Below, piece by piece: positions 16,044 through 25,682 of a DNA stretch of 64,000 nt. A program made the position numbers and the translations under genes. The first letter of the stretch is position 1. Every line of letters starts with the position of its first letter. Where the stretch lies: positions 3,219-67,218 of IMG/VR virus record IMGVR_UViG_3300028601_000033, one strand, 5' to 3'. The notes under the pieces were generated by a model. That model was not told the origin of the DNA and made no database searches. It saw only the letters and a program-made list of their open reading frames with translations. This DNA comes from a virus.

Positions 16044-19000
16044 ATGACCGTTAACGTAAATACTAAAATATCTGATAAAGTAATAGATAGAGCTGCTATG
16101 ATCAGACTCTATGAGAGGCGCATTAATAAAAAGGTTTCAGTAGTTATTGACGGTCATGAAGTTCGGGTAGATAAATTAATCAAAGATGCCAACTTATCTA
16201 CTGCTGGTTTTAATCGACTACGAGATGTTATTGATAAAGAAATCCAGGGGACGTTCAAGGAAATCAAAAACGTCTCTGAACGTTCCCTAGTGGATTTAGT
16301 GACCGATCAAGTATCTTTTGCATATCAAAACCTAGAAACAGCCTTGAGTAAAGTATGGCGTACTCAAAGACCTCAACGAAGAGTAGCTGAAGAGCTAGTT
16401 TTAAATCGTCCTATTTATAATGATAAAACATTATCCGTGGGATGGTCTTCAATAGGTCTTCAAGAACGTAAAAGACTTGAAGCGGTTATTCGGAAAGGTA
16501 TTGCAGACGGTAAAACCCCTAAGGAAATTGCATTAGCTGTTCGAAAAGGGAATGTTCATAATATCACTAGAAATCAATCTCAAGCATTAGTAACCACAGC
16601 GATAACAAGTGTACATGCCCAGGCAGACCACGAGGTCTATAAGGCCAATGAGAAAGTACTTCAAGGATGGCAATATATTGCAGTACTTGACTCAAGGACT
16701 ACTTCACTTTGTGCACATCGAGATGGTCAGATATATCCTATTGGGGATATTGAGCATTTACCTCCTTCACACTATAATTGTCGATCTACTACTACGCCTG
16801 TAGTGAAGTCATATGATGATTTAGCTAAGCTAGAAGGTATCGCCTATGTTCGTAAAAGAAATCTCAGTAAACTCTCTAAGAAGGATATTGAATTTTACGA
16901 TGGACAAACACCTCTTAAAGAGTCATATCATGAATGGCTTTTACGTCAAACACCCGAAATCCAGTTAAAGCATTTAGGTGATTACCGTAAAATGGAATTA
17001 TTCCAAAAAGGTCAGCTTCATGTGGATAAATTTATCAATGACCAAGGAAATTCTGTTGGTATTCGTGAACTAAGGTTGTTAACTGATGGTGGATATACAC
17101 TGCCAGGAGATACTAAGAGATTTGCCATTGCTAAATCTAAGCTCGATAGTATGCATTTAGGTGCTTCAACTCCAGATGATTTCCTCAGTGATAAAACCCG
17201 ACAGAAGGTTTTAGAGGACTATTATGTGTTACAGGCAAATGAGCTAGATGGTTATCTCTCATTGACTAACTATCGTGGTACTTTAATAAGTTCCAAAAAA
17301 GCTGTCCGTCGAAGCGTACTAAACATGCCACCCAGAGAAGACCAGCTTAAGTTTAATCCACTTACAGGTCGTTATGATGATGCCAGACTCTTTCAACCGA
17401 ATTATGGTGTATTTGAAAATAATATGCGATTAGTTCAAGAAAGTTCTGAACTTTTGCCTAGAGATAAGGAATTTATTTCTAGTGTTATTAATAATCTATC
17501 TGAACGACTAGGATTTAATGAAAGAGCTGTAATTGCTGACAATCTCCGTATTGTCTTTGGTAGGTATCGCTCCAACGGTGAGGTGTGGGGAAATCTCAAA
17601 GCTGTCCTCCAAGGACAAATTAAATTTGATGTGATGAACGTATCGGATGCTATTGAGACGCAACTCCGTAAAGATGTAAATGTACTCAAGAGACTAATGC
17701 AAACGGAATATCATGACTCTATTCTTGGGCCACTTCAACTTCAAGATCTACATGACAATTTTGTCAGTAACATTATAGCTAAGAATAAATGGGAAGATAC
17801 TGTTGCTCCCAAAATTGCTGAAGAACTAAGAACAGCTTTCGATTTAGACATTCCTGTGAAAATTAAGATGAGGCTTTCGGATCGTGATTTGCAGGAATTT
17901 TATCTTAAGTTTGCACATCGTTTAAGTCTTGCTGATTTGCCTGATAAAGATCAATTTGCTGTTTCTCTTGGTCGTGATCTATATAACATGGCAAACTGGA
18001 ATGGCAATAGACGAGCATGGTATAATTTAGGTGACAAGATATTAAACTCTAAGAATGCTAAGAAATTCTTTGAATTGGAAACCTTTGGTGTTCAAAAAAG
18101 GAGAATGAAAAGCCGTTTAAGCGGTCAATATTTCGGCCCTTATTATGATTCTTTAGGTTTTAATATCCGTATCACGGATGCGAGAATCCAAGAGTATGCA
18201 TTATTGACCAGAAAGGTTGAACTTGGTTTACGTGTAGGTGTAACTACAAAGAAGAACCGTTTAATCTTTCGTGAAGGTTATAAAACGTATTTTGTGGATA
18301 GAGGTCTTCTCGGTCATTATGACACCCGTATTCCAATCACATCTACTTCAAGCTTCAGTGATTTTCCTGTAGAATTCATAGATAAGAATATGGTTGATGC
18401 TTTGAATTGGGCAGCTAATGCTCAATATAAAGTAGACCCCGATTTCTATGATTTTATACATAAATTGTTGTACTTTGAGGATGATCGCGGTCGTGCTAAG
18501 TATTTCAATGAGCTTAATGAATATCGTAAATATATAGCTTCAAGAGGTGACTCCTATGAACGTTTTAAAGCTATGGAATGGTTGCGGAAAGGGGATTTGT
18601 CTTTTTCTAATCATCCTTTTATTGACCATCGGGCTAGGGTGTATGATCGGGGACTTATTGGCCCACAATCTGGAGAATCTTTTAGGCCGTTTTTAAATAC
18701 TGCTCATGAAAGGTTTCTCGGTGTTGATGGATATGATAACATCAAAGACCAAATAGGTGCCTTCCTAGGAGGTCTTAGTGACTACTTTGAAGGACACTAT
18801 AACTCTCTGTCATTTACAGGACGCCAAAAGATAGCCGATAAATGGCATAAGGATATTGTTGAGATAGGTCAACATATGCTTAGAGCTAAGCCTAATAATA
18901 TTCGTGCTGTCTTGGAGAATCCTGTATTGAAAGCTGTCGATGGTGAAGAGCAAGGTAAGTTCTTGAGGTTTGCTATCGAAATGGCAAAGATTGATAATTA

Positions 19001-20696
19001 TCTTGGTGGTAATTATTCAAAGAAATCCTTAGCAAGATTAGCTGAATATAGAACTGCTTTCGCTCTTGAGCAAGATGCTTCATCATCAGGTGCTCAGATT
19101 ATTGCCTTAACGACTAGAAATAAACAACTCGCTGAACTTAGTAATGTTATCCCGACGTATCAAAAGAGACGTCTGTACGATGAGATTGCGGCGTCCACCT
19201 TCAGAGATCCTAGGTTTCAAGAGATGAACCTTAAATTAGGCCTGACTGAAAAGGATCTACGTAAAGCTGCTAAAGCTCAAAACATGGTAACATTTTACGG
19301 GGCAGGTGAAAGGACTGGTATCCTTAATGTCGAAGGTAAACTAGCCAAAGTTCTGGGTAAAGATAAAGATGTCCTGGTGGTTAAGGCTTCAGATCGAGAT
19401 AAGGTTCTTAATGAGATTTCTGCAAGAATAGCTCGATATGAAAAGTTTGATCAAGAGTTATCTGATGAATTGAGAGCATTACGTGAAAATGTCAAAGATG
19501 TGTTTAACAAAGGGCTAGATCCTGGTGATGACATACTGGAGCAACTCTACTTCCTTGAACCTAAGACTAAAGAGCTTGTCGAGAATCTTTCGCATGCTTA
19601 TACTAAAGTAATCACTCCTTCTGATTTTAGAGATATTGCAAAGATCATGAGTGAGTACTTGCAAGAACAGGTTCCGATTCTGAAGGATTTTACGAGATAT
19701 TTCGGCAGATTGGCCGAAGATTTCCTAAGTAACGCTAAACCTTCTAAGGCGGATTTTGATTGGTCTTCAGTCGCTAAAATACGCCTTCTGAAACATAGGA
19801 ACAAGGGCTACTCAATTCCTCCAGAGTGGTGTCAGCTTCTCGGCACCAAGCCAGGTGAACCCTTGAGTGAAAAACTTCTGCGGAGGCTACCTTTCTGGAA
19901 GCCTAACGGCACTCTCCATGAGCTGATTTATGGAGCTGAAGTGCCGGACGACAGGCGTATCGCAGGGTCTATCTTTAAAATAGAATTAATTAAGGGTAAG
20001 CCGATTATTAACATCAAAGTTCCCTCCACCAAGGGAGGTAAGAAAGCCGTTAAGAATAACTTGCCTAAGAGTTGGACCAATGTTCCTTGGGTTAATTTTG
20101 ACGGTAAAGTTATCGAACAGAATTTTACGCAATCCTTCGAGGAACGTCTTGTTTATAAAGACAAGTATGGAAATTGGATTACCAATATTCTTCAAATACC
20201 TCAGAAGACAGAAGCTACTTGGTGGGAACAGCTTTCTAACAAGGCTGGTCAGATTAATGATATTGCAGATGCCACGAAAGCAAGAACCGCCTTTGCAGTT
20301 AACGGTAATCACTCGAATGATGCTGTTATCGTAAAGAGGTTTCATCTTTGGGGTAAGTCTAAAAACATACCGACATCATCTATACATGATGCCTTCTTTG
20401 CTAATGCTGCGGATATGCTTGAGGCTCGAAAAGCTTTAAGAAGTATTTATGCAGAGGTTCTTCAGAAAAATGTCATTAGACAAATACTGGATGAAATGCT
20501 AGCTAGAGGTTTACCTAAGAAACTATATGATAAGTACTTAGAAGAAGCCATTCTCAAAGGTCTTATTCCGGTACCTGGAAAATCTATTGTTGGCGGTAAA
20601 GTTTTAACGATTAAAGATATACTATCTGTGGATGATATATTAAAGAAGATTCCTGAAGGATTCCTCGATGACTATGGATGGTATGGTGTAGGTTAG
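16044..20696 (+). CDS. MuF/SPP1-gp7 head morphogenesis domain fused to T7-like single-subunit RNA polymerase (putative virion RNAP)
   Basis: N-term AVLDSRTT..C..RDG and PPSHYNCRS; C-term DHRARVY, motif A QDASSSGAQ, motif B RKAAKAQNMVTFYG, motif C IHDAF. Confidence 0.9.
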   Translation: MTVNVNTKISDKVIDRAAMIRLYERRINKKVSVVIDGHEVRVDKLIKDANLSTAGFNRLRDVIDKEIQGTFKEIKNVSERSLVDLVTDQVSFAYQNLETALSKVWRTQRPQRRVAEELVLNRPIYNDKTLSVGWSSIGLQERKRLEAVIRKGIADGKTPKEIALAVRKGNVHNITRNQSQALVTTAITSVHAQADHEVYKANEKVLQGWQYIAVLDSRTTSLCAHRDGQIYPIGDIEHLPPSHYNCRSTTTPVVKSYDDLAKLEGIAYVRKRNLSKLSKKDIEFYDGQTPLKESYHEWLLRQTPEIQLKHLGDYRKMELFQKGQLHVDKFINDQGNSVGIRELRLLTDGGYTLPGDTKRFAIAKSKLDSMHLGASTPDDFLSDKTRQKVLEDYYVLQANELDGYLSLTNYRGTLISSKKAVRRSVLNMPPREDQLKFNPLTGRYDDARLFQPNYGVFENNMRLVQESSELLPRDKEFISSVINNLSERLGFNERAVIADNLRIVFGRYRSNGEVWGNLKAVLQGQIKFDVMNVSDAIETQLRKDVNVLKRLMQTEYHDSILGPLQLQDLHDNFVSNIIAKNKWEDTVAPKIAEELRTAFDLDIPVKIKMRLSDRDLQEFYLKFAHRLSLADLPDKDQFAVSLGRDLYNMANWNGNRRAWYNLGDKILNSKNAKKFFELETFGVQKRRMKSRLSGQYFGPYYDSLGFNIRITDARIQEYALLTRKVELGLRVGVTTKKNRLIFREGYKTYFVDRGLLGHYDTRIPITSTSSFSDFPVEFIDKNMVDALNWAANAQYKVDPDFYDFIHKLLYFEDDRGRAKYFNELNEYRKYIASRGDSYERFKAMEWLRKGDLSFSNHPFIDHRARVYDRGLIGPQSGESFRPFLNTAHERFLGVDGYDNIKDQIGAFLGGLSDYFEGHYNSLSFTGRQKIADKWHKDIVEIGQHMLRAKPNNIRAVLENPVLKAVDGEEQGKFLRFAIEMAKIDNYLGGNYSKKSLARLAEYRTAFALEQDASSSGAQIIALTTRNKQLAELSNVIPTYQKRRLYDEIAASTFRDPRFQEMNLKLGLTEKDLRKAAKAQNMVTFYGAGERTGILNVEGKLAKVLGKDKDVLVVKASDRDKVLNEISARIARYEKFDQELSDELRALRENVKDVFNKGLDPGDDILEQLYFLEPKTKELVENLSHAYTKVITPSDFRDIAKIMSEYLQEQVPILKDFTRYFGRLAEDFLSNAKPSKADFDWSSVAKIRLLKHRNKGYSIPPEWCQLLGTKPGEPLSEKLLRRLPFWKPNGTLHELIYGAEVPDDRRIAGSIFKIELIKGKPIINIKVPSTKGGKKAVKNNLPKSWTNVPWVNFDGKVIEQNFTQSFEERLVYKDKYGNWITNILQIPQKTEATWWEQLSNKAGQINDIADATKARTAFAVNGNHSNDAVIVKRFHLWGKSKNIPTSSIHDAFFANAADMLEARKALRSIYAEVLQKNVIRQILDEMLARGLPKKLYDKYLEEAILKGLIPVPGKSIVGGKVLTIKDILSVDDILKKIPEGFLDDYGWYGVG

Positions 20697-20700
20697 GTTT

Positions 20701-20718
20701 GAACCCGTTGAATTAACC
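20701..20718 (+). promoter_or_regulatory. conserved phage motif copy 2 upstream of scaffold/capsid genes
   Basis: GAACCCGTTGAATTAACC. Confidence 0.75.
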
Positions 20719-20824
20719 TATATTATGATAACATGAGGGGTTTTTAACTCTTCATAATAAATTTTCTAACTAATGGTATGATTGTATCATGCCTAATTGA
20801 GTTGTACTCAAGAAAGTTAATAGA

Positions 20825-21508
20825 ATGCCTGATACAAATGAAAACAATCAGAATGGTGGCGATACTAATAAACAAACTAACGATAATGGTACCACTAATA
20901 ATGGATCCAATGATAATAGTGGGCCCGAAGATATCGCCGCTAAAGTGAAGGCTGCTGTAGAAGCAGAACTCAAAGACATCAAAGAAAAGCTTAACAATGC
21001 CTATAGTGCCCGTGACACTGCATTGAACAAGGTTGCTGAATTTGAACAGAAAGAACGTGACCGTGAAGTTGAGAGGCTTAAGGCTGAAGGTAAACTTCAA
21101 GAAGCCCATGAGTTGGCTATGTCGGAACTCAAGGCTCAAAAAGCAGCACTGGAGCAACGTAATGTTGAACTTTCGAGAAACATAGACGTTCGCAGTGTTC
21201 TGACAAAATTCGAATTTCGCAATTCTAATGCACAAGAAATGGCTTTCCGTGAGATTGTACCAAATTTGGTAAAATCTGACACTGGTGTTTGGGTTCACAA
21301 AGATGGTACTAGCCTTGAAACCTATGTAACGAAGTTTATGGAAGATGATGCAAACTCATTCTTGCTTAAACCTAAAGTTAATACAGGTGGTGGTACTACC
21401 AATAACTCGAATGGTACCTCTTCGATAGCGGGTAAATCCTTGTTTGATATGAGTCAAGCAGAGGTTCTAAAACTCGCCGAAGCAGGTAAACTCCCTAAAC
21501 GTAAATAA
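20825..21508 (+). CDS. capsid scaffolding protein
   Basis: Low-complexity N-terminus, long coiled coil, GGG tail, directly before MCP. Confidence 0.8.
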   Translation: MPDTNENNQNGGDTNKQTNDNGTTNNGSNDNSGPEDIAAKVKAAVEAELKDIKEKLNNAYSARDTALNKVAEFEQKERDREVERLKAEGKLQEAHELAMSELKAQKAALEQRNVELSRNIDVRSVLTKFEFRNSNAQEMAFREIVPNLVKSDTGVWVHKDGTSLETYVTKFMEDDANSFLLKPKVNTGGGTTNNSNGTSSIAGKSLFDMSQAEVLKLAEAGKLPKRK

Positions 21509-21526
21509 ATTAAGGAATAATATAAG

Positions 21527-22702
21527 ATGTCTTCTCCTGCTGGTGCAACTAATTTTGTACTTCAAGAAACTATCAGCGCTTACTCTGACGAAGCATACAC
21601 TAAAGCTAAGAAACTGTCTGGCACTGGTATTGTTGGTGATAACCCCAATATCGATGTTTCTACTGAAACATTTATCGGTCAGGTTCGTTGGTTCAAACCT
21701 TTGAATCCAACCATTAATACTGCATCTCTTACTGATGACACAGCAGGTACTAAGACTTCCTATGCGTCTGACTACCTGACTTATATTAAGACGGTTCGTA
21801 CGCATGGTGCAGAGAAAGTTAATCTGCAGCAGGTTGTTACGCAGCAGGATGGTCTGGCTAAAATTGGTCGTGATTTTGGTGAGACTCGTGCTCAAGACGA
21901 ACATAATGCTCTGCTTGCAGTCCTGCGTGGTGTTATGATTTCTGAGTGTATTAATGGTGCCGCTTCCGGTACTGGTTCAGCTGGTCTTGGTGGACAGACT
22001 TTTGAGAATGATCCTACCAATAAACGCTATGGTTTTTATGTAGACCTCGGTGCTTCTAAAGCTATCGTAGATGCTAGTGCTTCTGTCCAGGGTGCCGCTC
22101 GTGCTGAAGGCTTCTTGCAAGCTTTCGGTATGGCATACAAAGATTACGAACCGGAATACGCTTATCTGGTTGTCTCTCCTGCTACTCTGGCTTCTTTGCG
22201 TTCCGCTAATCTGGTAGACCAAGATCGTGTTAAGGATGGTATGGTTGAATTTAATACTATCTTTAATGGTAAGTTCCGTCTTATCGTTAGCCGTGCTACT
22301 CAGGGTCTTTCCACCGCAGAACTCACTAAGCTGAATACTGGCGCTGGTGTAGATATTGTCGGTACTAAGACTTCTTTTATTGTACTGCCTGGTGCTATTG
22401 CAATGAAACCTCTGGAAGTACCCCTTCCGACTGAAATCGCTCGTGACCCCGATGCTTACCAAGGTGGTGGTACGACTACTGTATGGTATCGTTGGGGTTA
22501 TGTCGCTGCTCCTGCTGGTTACAACTGGAAAGGTAATGCTGAGGCATTCCCCTCTGATGCTGATTACCAGAAAGCTGTTGAGGACGGTACTCCTACTGCT
22601 CTTACCAGTGTTACTGATGCATTGGCAGACACTGTCGGTACTTTCGAGCGTAAGTCTGCTTCGGCACTATCGCTCGGTATCTTGCCGGTATTCCATTCGT
22701 AA
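21527..22702 (+). CDS. major capsid protein
   Basis: 391 aa after scaffold, strong high-expression codon bias, GGG.TT.WYRWG motif. Confidence 0.85.
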   Translation: MSSPAGATNFVLQETISAYSDEAYTKAKKLSGTGIVGDNPNIDVSTETFIGQVRWFKPLNPTINTASLTDDTAGTKTSYASDYLTYIKTVRTHGAEKVNLQQVVTQQDGLAKIGRDFGETRAQDEHNALLAVLRGVMISECINGAASGTGSAGLGGQTFENDPTNKRYGFYVDLGASKAIVDASASVQGAARAEGFLQAFGMAYKDYEPEYAYLVVSPATLASLRSANLVDQDRVKDGMVEFNTIFNGKFRLIVSRATQGLSTAELTKLNTGAGVDIVGTKTSFIVLPGAIAMKPLEVPLPTEIARDPDAYQGGGTTTVWYRWGYVAAPAGYNWKGNAEAFPSDADYQKAVEDGTPTALTSVTDALADTVGTFERKSASALSLGILPVFHS

Positions 22703-22720
22703 TCATCATGGGAGACACAT

Positions 22721-23194
22721 ATGGCACTCGCTAAAGGTACTAATTCTTATGCGACTGTCCAGGAAGCTGACGACTACTTCGCTGATCGGCTTGATTGCAG
22801 TGAATGGAATAATGCGGATGAAACCAAACAGGCACAAGCTTTGGTTACAGCCACATCTATTCTAGATGCTCAGCGATGGGCAGGAATAGCTATAAGTGTC
22901 GACCAGACCTTAGCTTTTCCTCGTAGTGGTTATTATTTCGATCCTCGGTTAGGAGCTATGTCCTTTATGGATCCGGTTCCTAATCGAGTCATCGTCGCTA
23001 CCTTCGAACTAGCCCTGCATTTGTTGAAAAATGAAGGGTTACAAGATGAAACAGGGACAGTTAAATCTTTAGGACTCTCCTCTATCAACTTGAGTACTAT
23101 TATGGAACCAAGTTTGATACCCTCTGCTGTTAAACGCCTTATTCAACCTATTCTTCTAAATAAGGGCGCTAATACGTGGTGGAGGGCTAATTAA
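22721..23194 (+). CDS. head-tail adaptor (DnaT-like family)
   Basis: NSYATV.EAD.YF..R, Q.LAFPR motifs. Confidence 0.75.
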   Translation: MALAKGTNSYATVQEADDYFADRLDCSEWNNADETKQAQALVTATSILDAQRWAGIAISVDQTLAFPRSGYYFDPRLGAMSFMDPVPNRVIVATFELALHLLKNEGLQDETGTVKSLGLSSINLSTIMEPSLIPSAVKRLIQPILLNKGANTWWRAN

Positions 23195-23544
23195 TGAATA
23201 TTAATTTGCTCATTAGCAAAAATCTTGATAATGCTTTTAAACTTCTTAAAAGTCAAGTAATCACGGCAACATTGAATAAAAAAGCTGTGGGTGAATTTAA
23301 CTTTGCAACAGCTAATGTTCCAACCACTCCGTCTACATTGTCTGTAAAAATAATTCAACTTAACTCTAAGCGAAAAGGATATGAGAAACCTTTAGAACTA
23401 AAGGAAATCTTATTGAAATCTTCCGGAGTAGAAGATATTAGTTTCTACGATACAATGACAATTAACGGACTAACTTGGAATATTGGCAATACTATTGCAA
23501 ACGGAAAATTTATAACTTTGCTGGAAATCAATAGAGGTGTATGA
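23194..23544 (+). CDS. head closure protein (putative)
   Basis: Size and position in the neck module. Confidence 0.55.
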   Translation: MNINLLISKNLDNAFKLLKSQVITATLNKKAVGEFNFATANVPTTPSTLSVKIIQLNSKRKGYEKPLELKEILLKSSGVEDISFYDTMTINGLTWNIGNTIANGKFITLLEINRGV

Positions 23545-23948
23545 TGGGAAAATACACAAGATTACAATCTGATGTATTCTCTATCTTTGCTTCTACTGCA
23601 TGGAAAGCAGAGAACCTTAAAACTTATCCCGCTAATCTAATGCCTACCGCTCCTGGAGATGAATATCTAAGGATATCAATCTTAGCTAGCGATCAAGGTG
23701 TAAATTCAAGCTCAACAGCCGGATTATTAATCGTTGAAATATTTACTCCGAGGAATATTGGCCCCAATCGTGCTTTTACGATAGCTGATATTTTGGATGG
23801 GTACCTTGTTAACAAGAACATATCTCTCGGTACAGGTAGGACACAGACAGGAAGAGTTTCTGTCTTAGGTGAACCTCAACCGGACAGGGATAATAGTTCC
23901 TTGTGTCGAACTAAATATAGTATACCATTTAACTTCTTTGGAGTTTAA
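23541..23948 (+). CDS. tail terminator / tail completion protein
   Basis: G..IVEIFTP...G...A..IAD.L pattern; precedes the tail tube gene. Confidence 0.65.
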   Translation: MMGKYTRLQSDVFSIFASTAWKAENLKTYPANLMPTAPGDEYLRISILASDQGVNSSSTAGLLIVEIFTPRNIGPNRAFTIADILDGYLVNKNISLGTGRTQTGRVSVLGEPQPDRDNSSLCRTKYSIPFNFFGV

Positions 23949-23950
23949 TA

Positions 23951-24550
23951 ATGTCTCATCTTTCTTCTATTGGTGCAGGTGTCTTCTCTGACCTTGCTGT
24001 CGCTTGTCCTGCAACTCCGATGTCTGCCGCTTCTCTGGCTGCCCTAGATACTGCTGCAGAATTTCAAGCTTTGTTTGCCACTGAGATTGCTTCTCAAGGT
24101 GGTACTAAGGCTCCCGGCACTTTCGTTCGTATTCAGAATGTCCGTGAATATCCTTCGATGGGTACTCCTCCGAACGTTGTTAACGTTCCTACCTATGGCT
24201 CTAAAACTTCTCAGCAGGTTCAAGGACAGGCGGATGCTCCTTCGATGGAAATCCAACTTAACTTTGTACCGGCTGAATGGGCCGCTGAAGTGACTAACAT
24301 TCTCGGTTCTATGATTGGTGACGGTAAACAGTATGTATTCCGTTTCGCTTTGATGAACTCTGAGCCTACGGGCAGTGGTGATACCAAATATGCTTCTTCG
24401 GAAGCAGGTATCGGTACTGTTGAGAATAGCCAGTATTACTGGATCGGTAAGATTGAAGCCCTTCAGGTTTCCCCGCAGCTTACCGATGCCAATACCGCTA
24501 CTGTAACTATTACGTTGCAGTCGGAATTCTTCGGCGCTTATACTATTTAA
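23951..24550 (+). CDS. major tail (tube) protein
   Basis: VREYPSMG...V.VPTYG...Q.QGQADAP; high-expression codons. Confidence 0.8.
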   Translation: MSHLSSIGAGVFSDLAVACPATPMSAASLAALDTAAEFQALFATEIASQGGTKAPGTFVRIQNVREYPSMGTPPNVVNVPTYGSKTSQQVQGQADAPSMEIQLNFVPAEWAAEVTNILGSMIGDGKQYVFRFALMNSEPTGSGDTKYASSEAGIGTVENSQYYWIGKIEALQVSPQLTDANTATVTITLQSEFFGAYTI

Positions 24551-24558
24551 TTATTAAT

Positions 24559-24635
24559 GCTCTTATAGCTTTAATTGGAAGAGCGACTGACTTGTAATCA
24601 GTAGGTTGTAGGTTCGAGTCCTACTAAGAGCTCCA
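24559..24635 (+). tRNA. tRNA-Thr(UGU)
   Basis: Acceptor GCTCTTA/TAAGAGC, anticodon arm CTGA-CTTGTAA-TCAG, T-loop GGTTCGAGTCC, encoded CCA. Confidence 0.95.
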
Positions 24636-24648
24636 TATCAAACATGAA

Positions 24649-24720
24649 AGTGTGACCTTGATGAATAATCCCTTGGTCCGTTTTAGGATGGACAGCGTAT
24701 AAAGTCCTAAAGGTCACACT
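24649..24720 (+). ncRNA. candidate structured RNA (closed stem containing a possible pseudoknot)
   Basis: AGTGTGACCTT/AAGGTCACACT outer stem; inner hairpin GTCCG/TGGAC whose loop TTTTAGGA is complementary to TCCTAAA. Confidence 0.45.
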
Positions 24721-24746
24721 ATTTTACTATTACTGAGAGACTAAAT

Positions 24747-24989
24747 ATGTCTATTATCGAAAAATTGAAACGCCCTTTTAGCTTGGAATACGTAGTTCGT
24801 ATCACCGCTAAAAACATGCGAAAATGCATTAATGTCAGCATTCAGAAAACCTTTGAACGTATTGAAGAGTTTGCAGAAGACCGTCAGGTATCTGAAGAGA
24901 TCTTCAAAACATTGTCTGTCCTTCATCAGATGAGGAAGCAAATCGATGAACTCCTATCCACCTATTCCAAAGATATCAAAGGAGCCTAA
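24747..24989 (+). CDS. hypothetical protein
   Basis: 80-aa ORF between tRNA and tail chaperone. Confidence 0.65.
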   Translation: MSIIEKLKRPFSLEYVVRITAKNMRKCINVSIQKTFERIEEFAEDRQVSEEIFKTLSVLHQMRKQIDELLSTYSKDIKGA

Positions 24990-24993
24990 TAAG

Positions 24994-25320
24994 ATGGCTG
25001 AAGAAACAAAAGGCATGCGTAGCCTCATTGGTCGGCGAATCACTAAGAATGTTAAATTCATGGGGGCAAATATTGAAATCTCGAAACTTAAAGTTATTGA
25101 GGTTCAAGAGTTGCAAGAAAAAGCTAAAGAACTAGCCCAAGGTGAGGATCAGTCTAATACTGATTTTGAAATTGTAAAACATATTATTCGTGCCGCTGCT
25201 GAAGGTGCTGCTGAGATGACTGATGCTGAATTCGAAGGTTTTCCTTTGGATGAATTGGCACAGCTGTCTAATGAAATTGTAAAATATTCGGGTATTCTTT
25301 CTGAGGGAAAGTCAGCTTAA
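24994..25320 (+). CDS. tail assembly chaperone (gpG-like)
   Basis: GGAG RBS before ATG 24994; ends in slippery G GGA AAG. Confidence 0.8.
   Translation: MAEETKGMRSLIGRRITKNVKFMGANIEISKLKVIEVQELQEKAKELAQGEDQSNTDFEIVKHIIRAAAEGAAEMTDAEFEGFPLDELAQLSNEIVKYSGILSEGKSA
25305..25311 (+). other. programmed -1 ribosomal frameshift site GGGAAAG
   Basis: In-frame X XXY YYZ heptamer identical to the lambda G-T site; -1 frame is open into 25332-25682. Confidence 0.85.
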
Positions 25321-25682
25321 CCGATGAAGACTTGAGTCTCTTTGAGCTAGCTTATACACTAAGAATGCCTGTATATAAACTGGTAGAAGAGATGCCTTAT
25401 GTGGAACTTCTCGGTTGGCAACGATATTTTGAAAGACGACCTGTAGGTTGGAGAGAAGATGATCGTACTGTAAAAATCATGCAAGTTATGGGTTGTAGTC
25501 AAAAACCTCAAGAGATTTTTGAGTCTCTTTCTGTGGTATATGCAGAAGCTAAGAAGCCTAGAGTCAAAGACGGACAGATGAGTGTCGCTGCTCTCCAGGG
25601 TTCTTGGTTGTTTGGTAAAATGATGTCAGCTAAAGGGGGCGATCAACTTCCTGTGTTAAAGGCGGGCTCAAATGATAGTTAA
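25311..25682 (+). CDS. tail assembly chaperone C-terminal extension (gpT-like, frameshift product)
   Basis: No good independent start; FELA..L...V..L...M...EL..W..YF pattern. Confidence 0.75.
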   Translation, partial: VSLTDEDLSLFELAYTLRMPVYKLVEEMPYVELLGWQRYFERRPVGWREDDRTVKIMQVMGCSQKPQEIFESLSVVYAEAKKPRVKDGQMSVAALQGSWLFGKMMSAKGGDQLPVLKAGSNDS

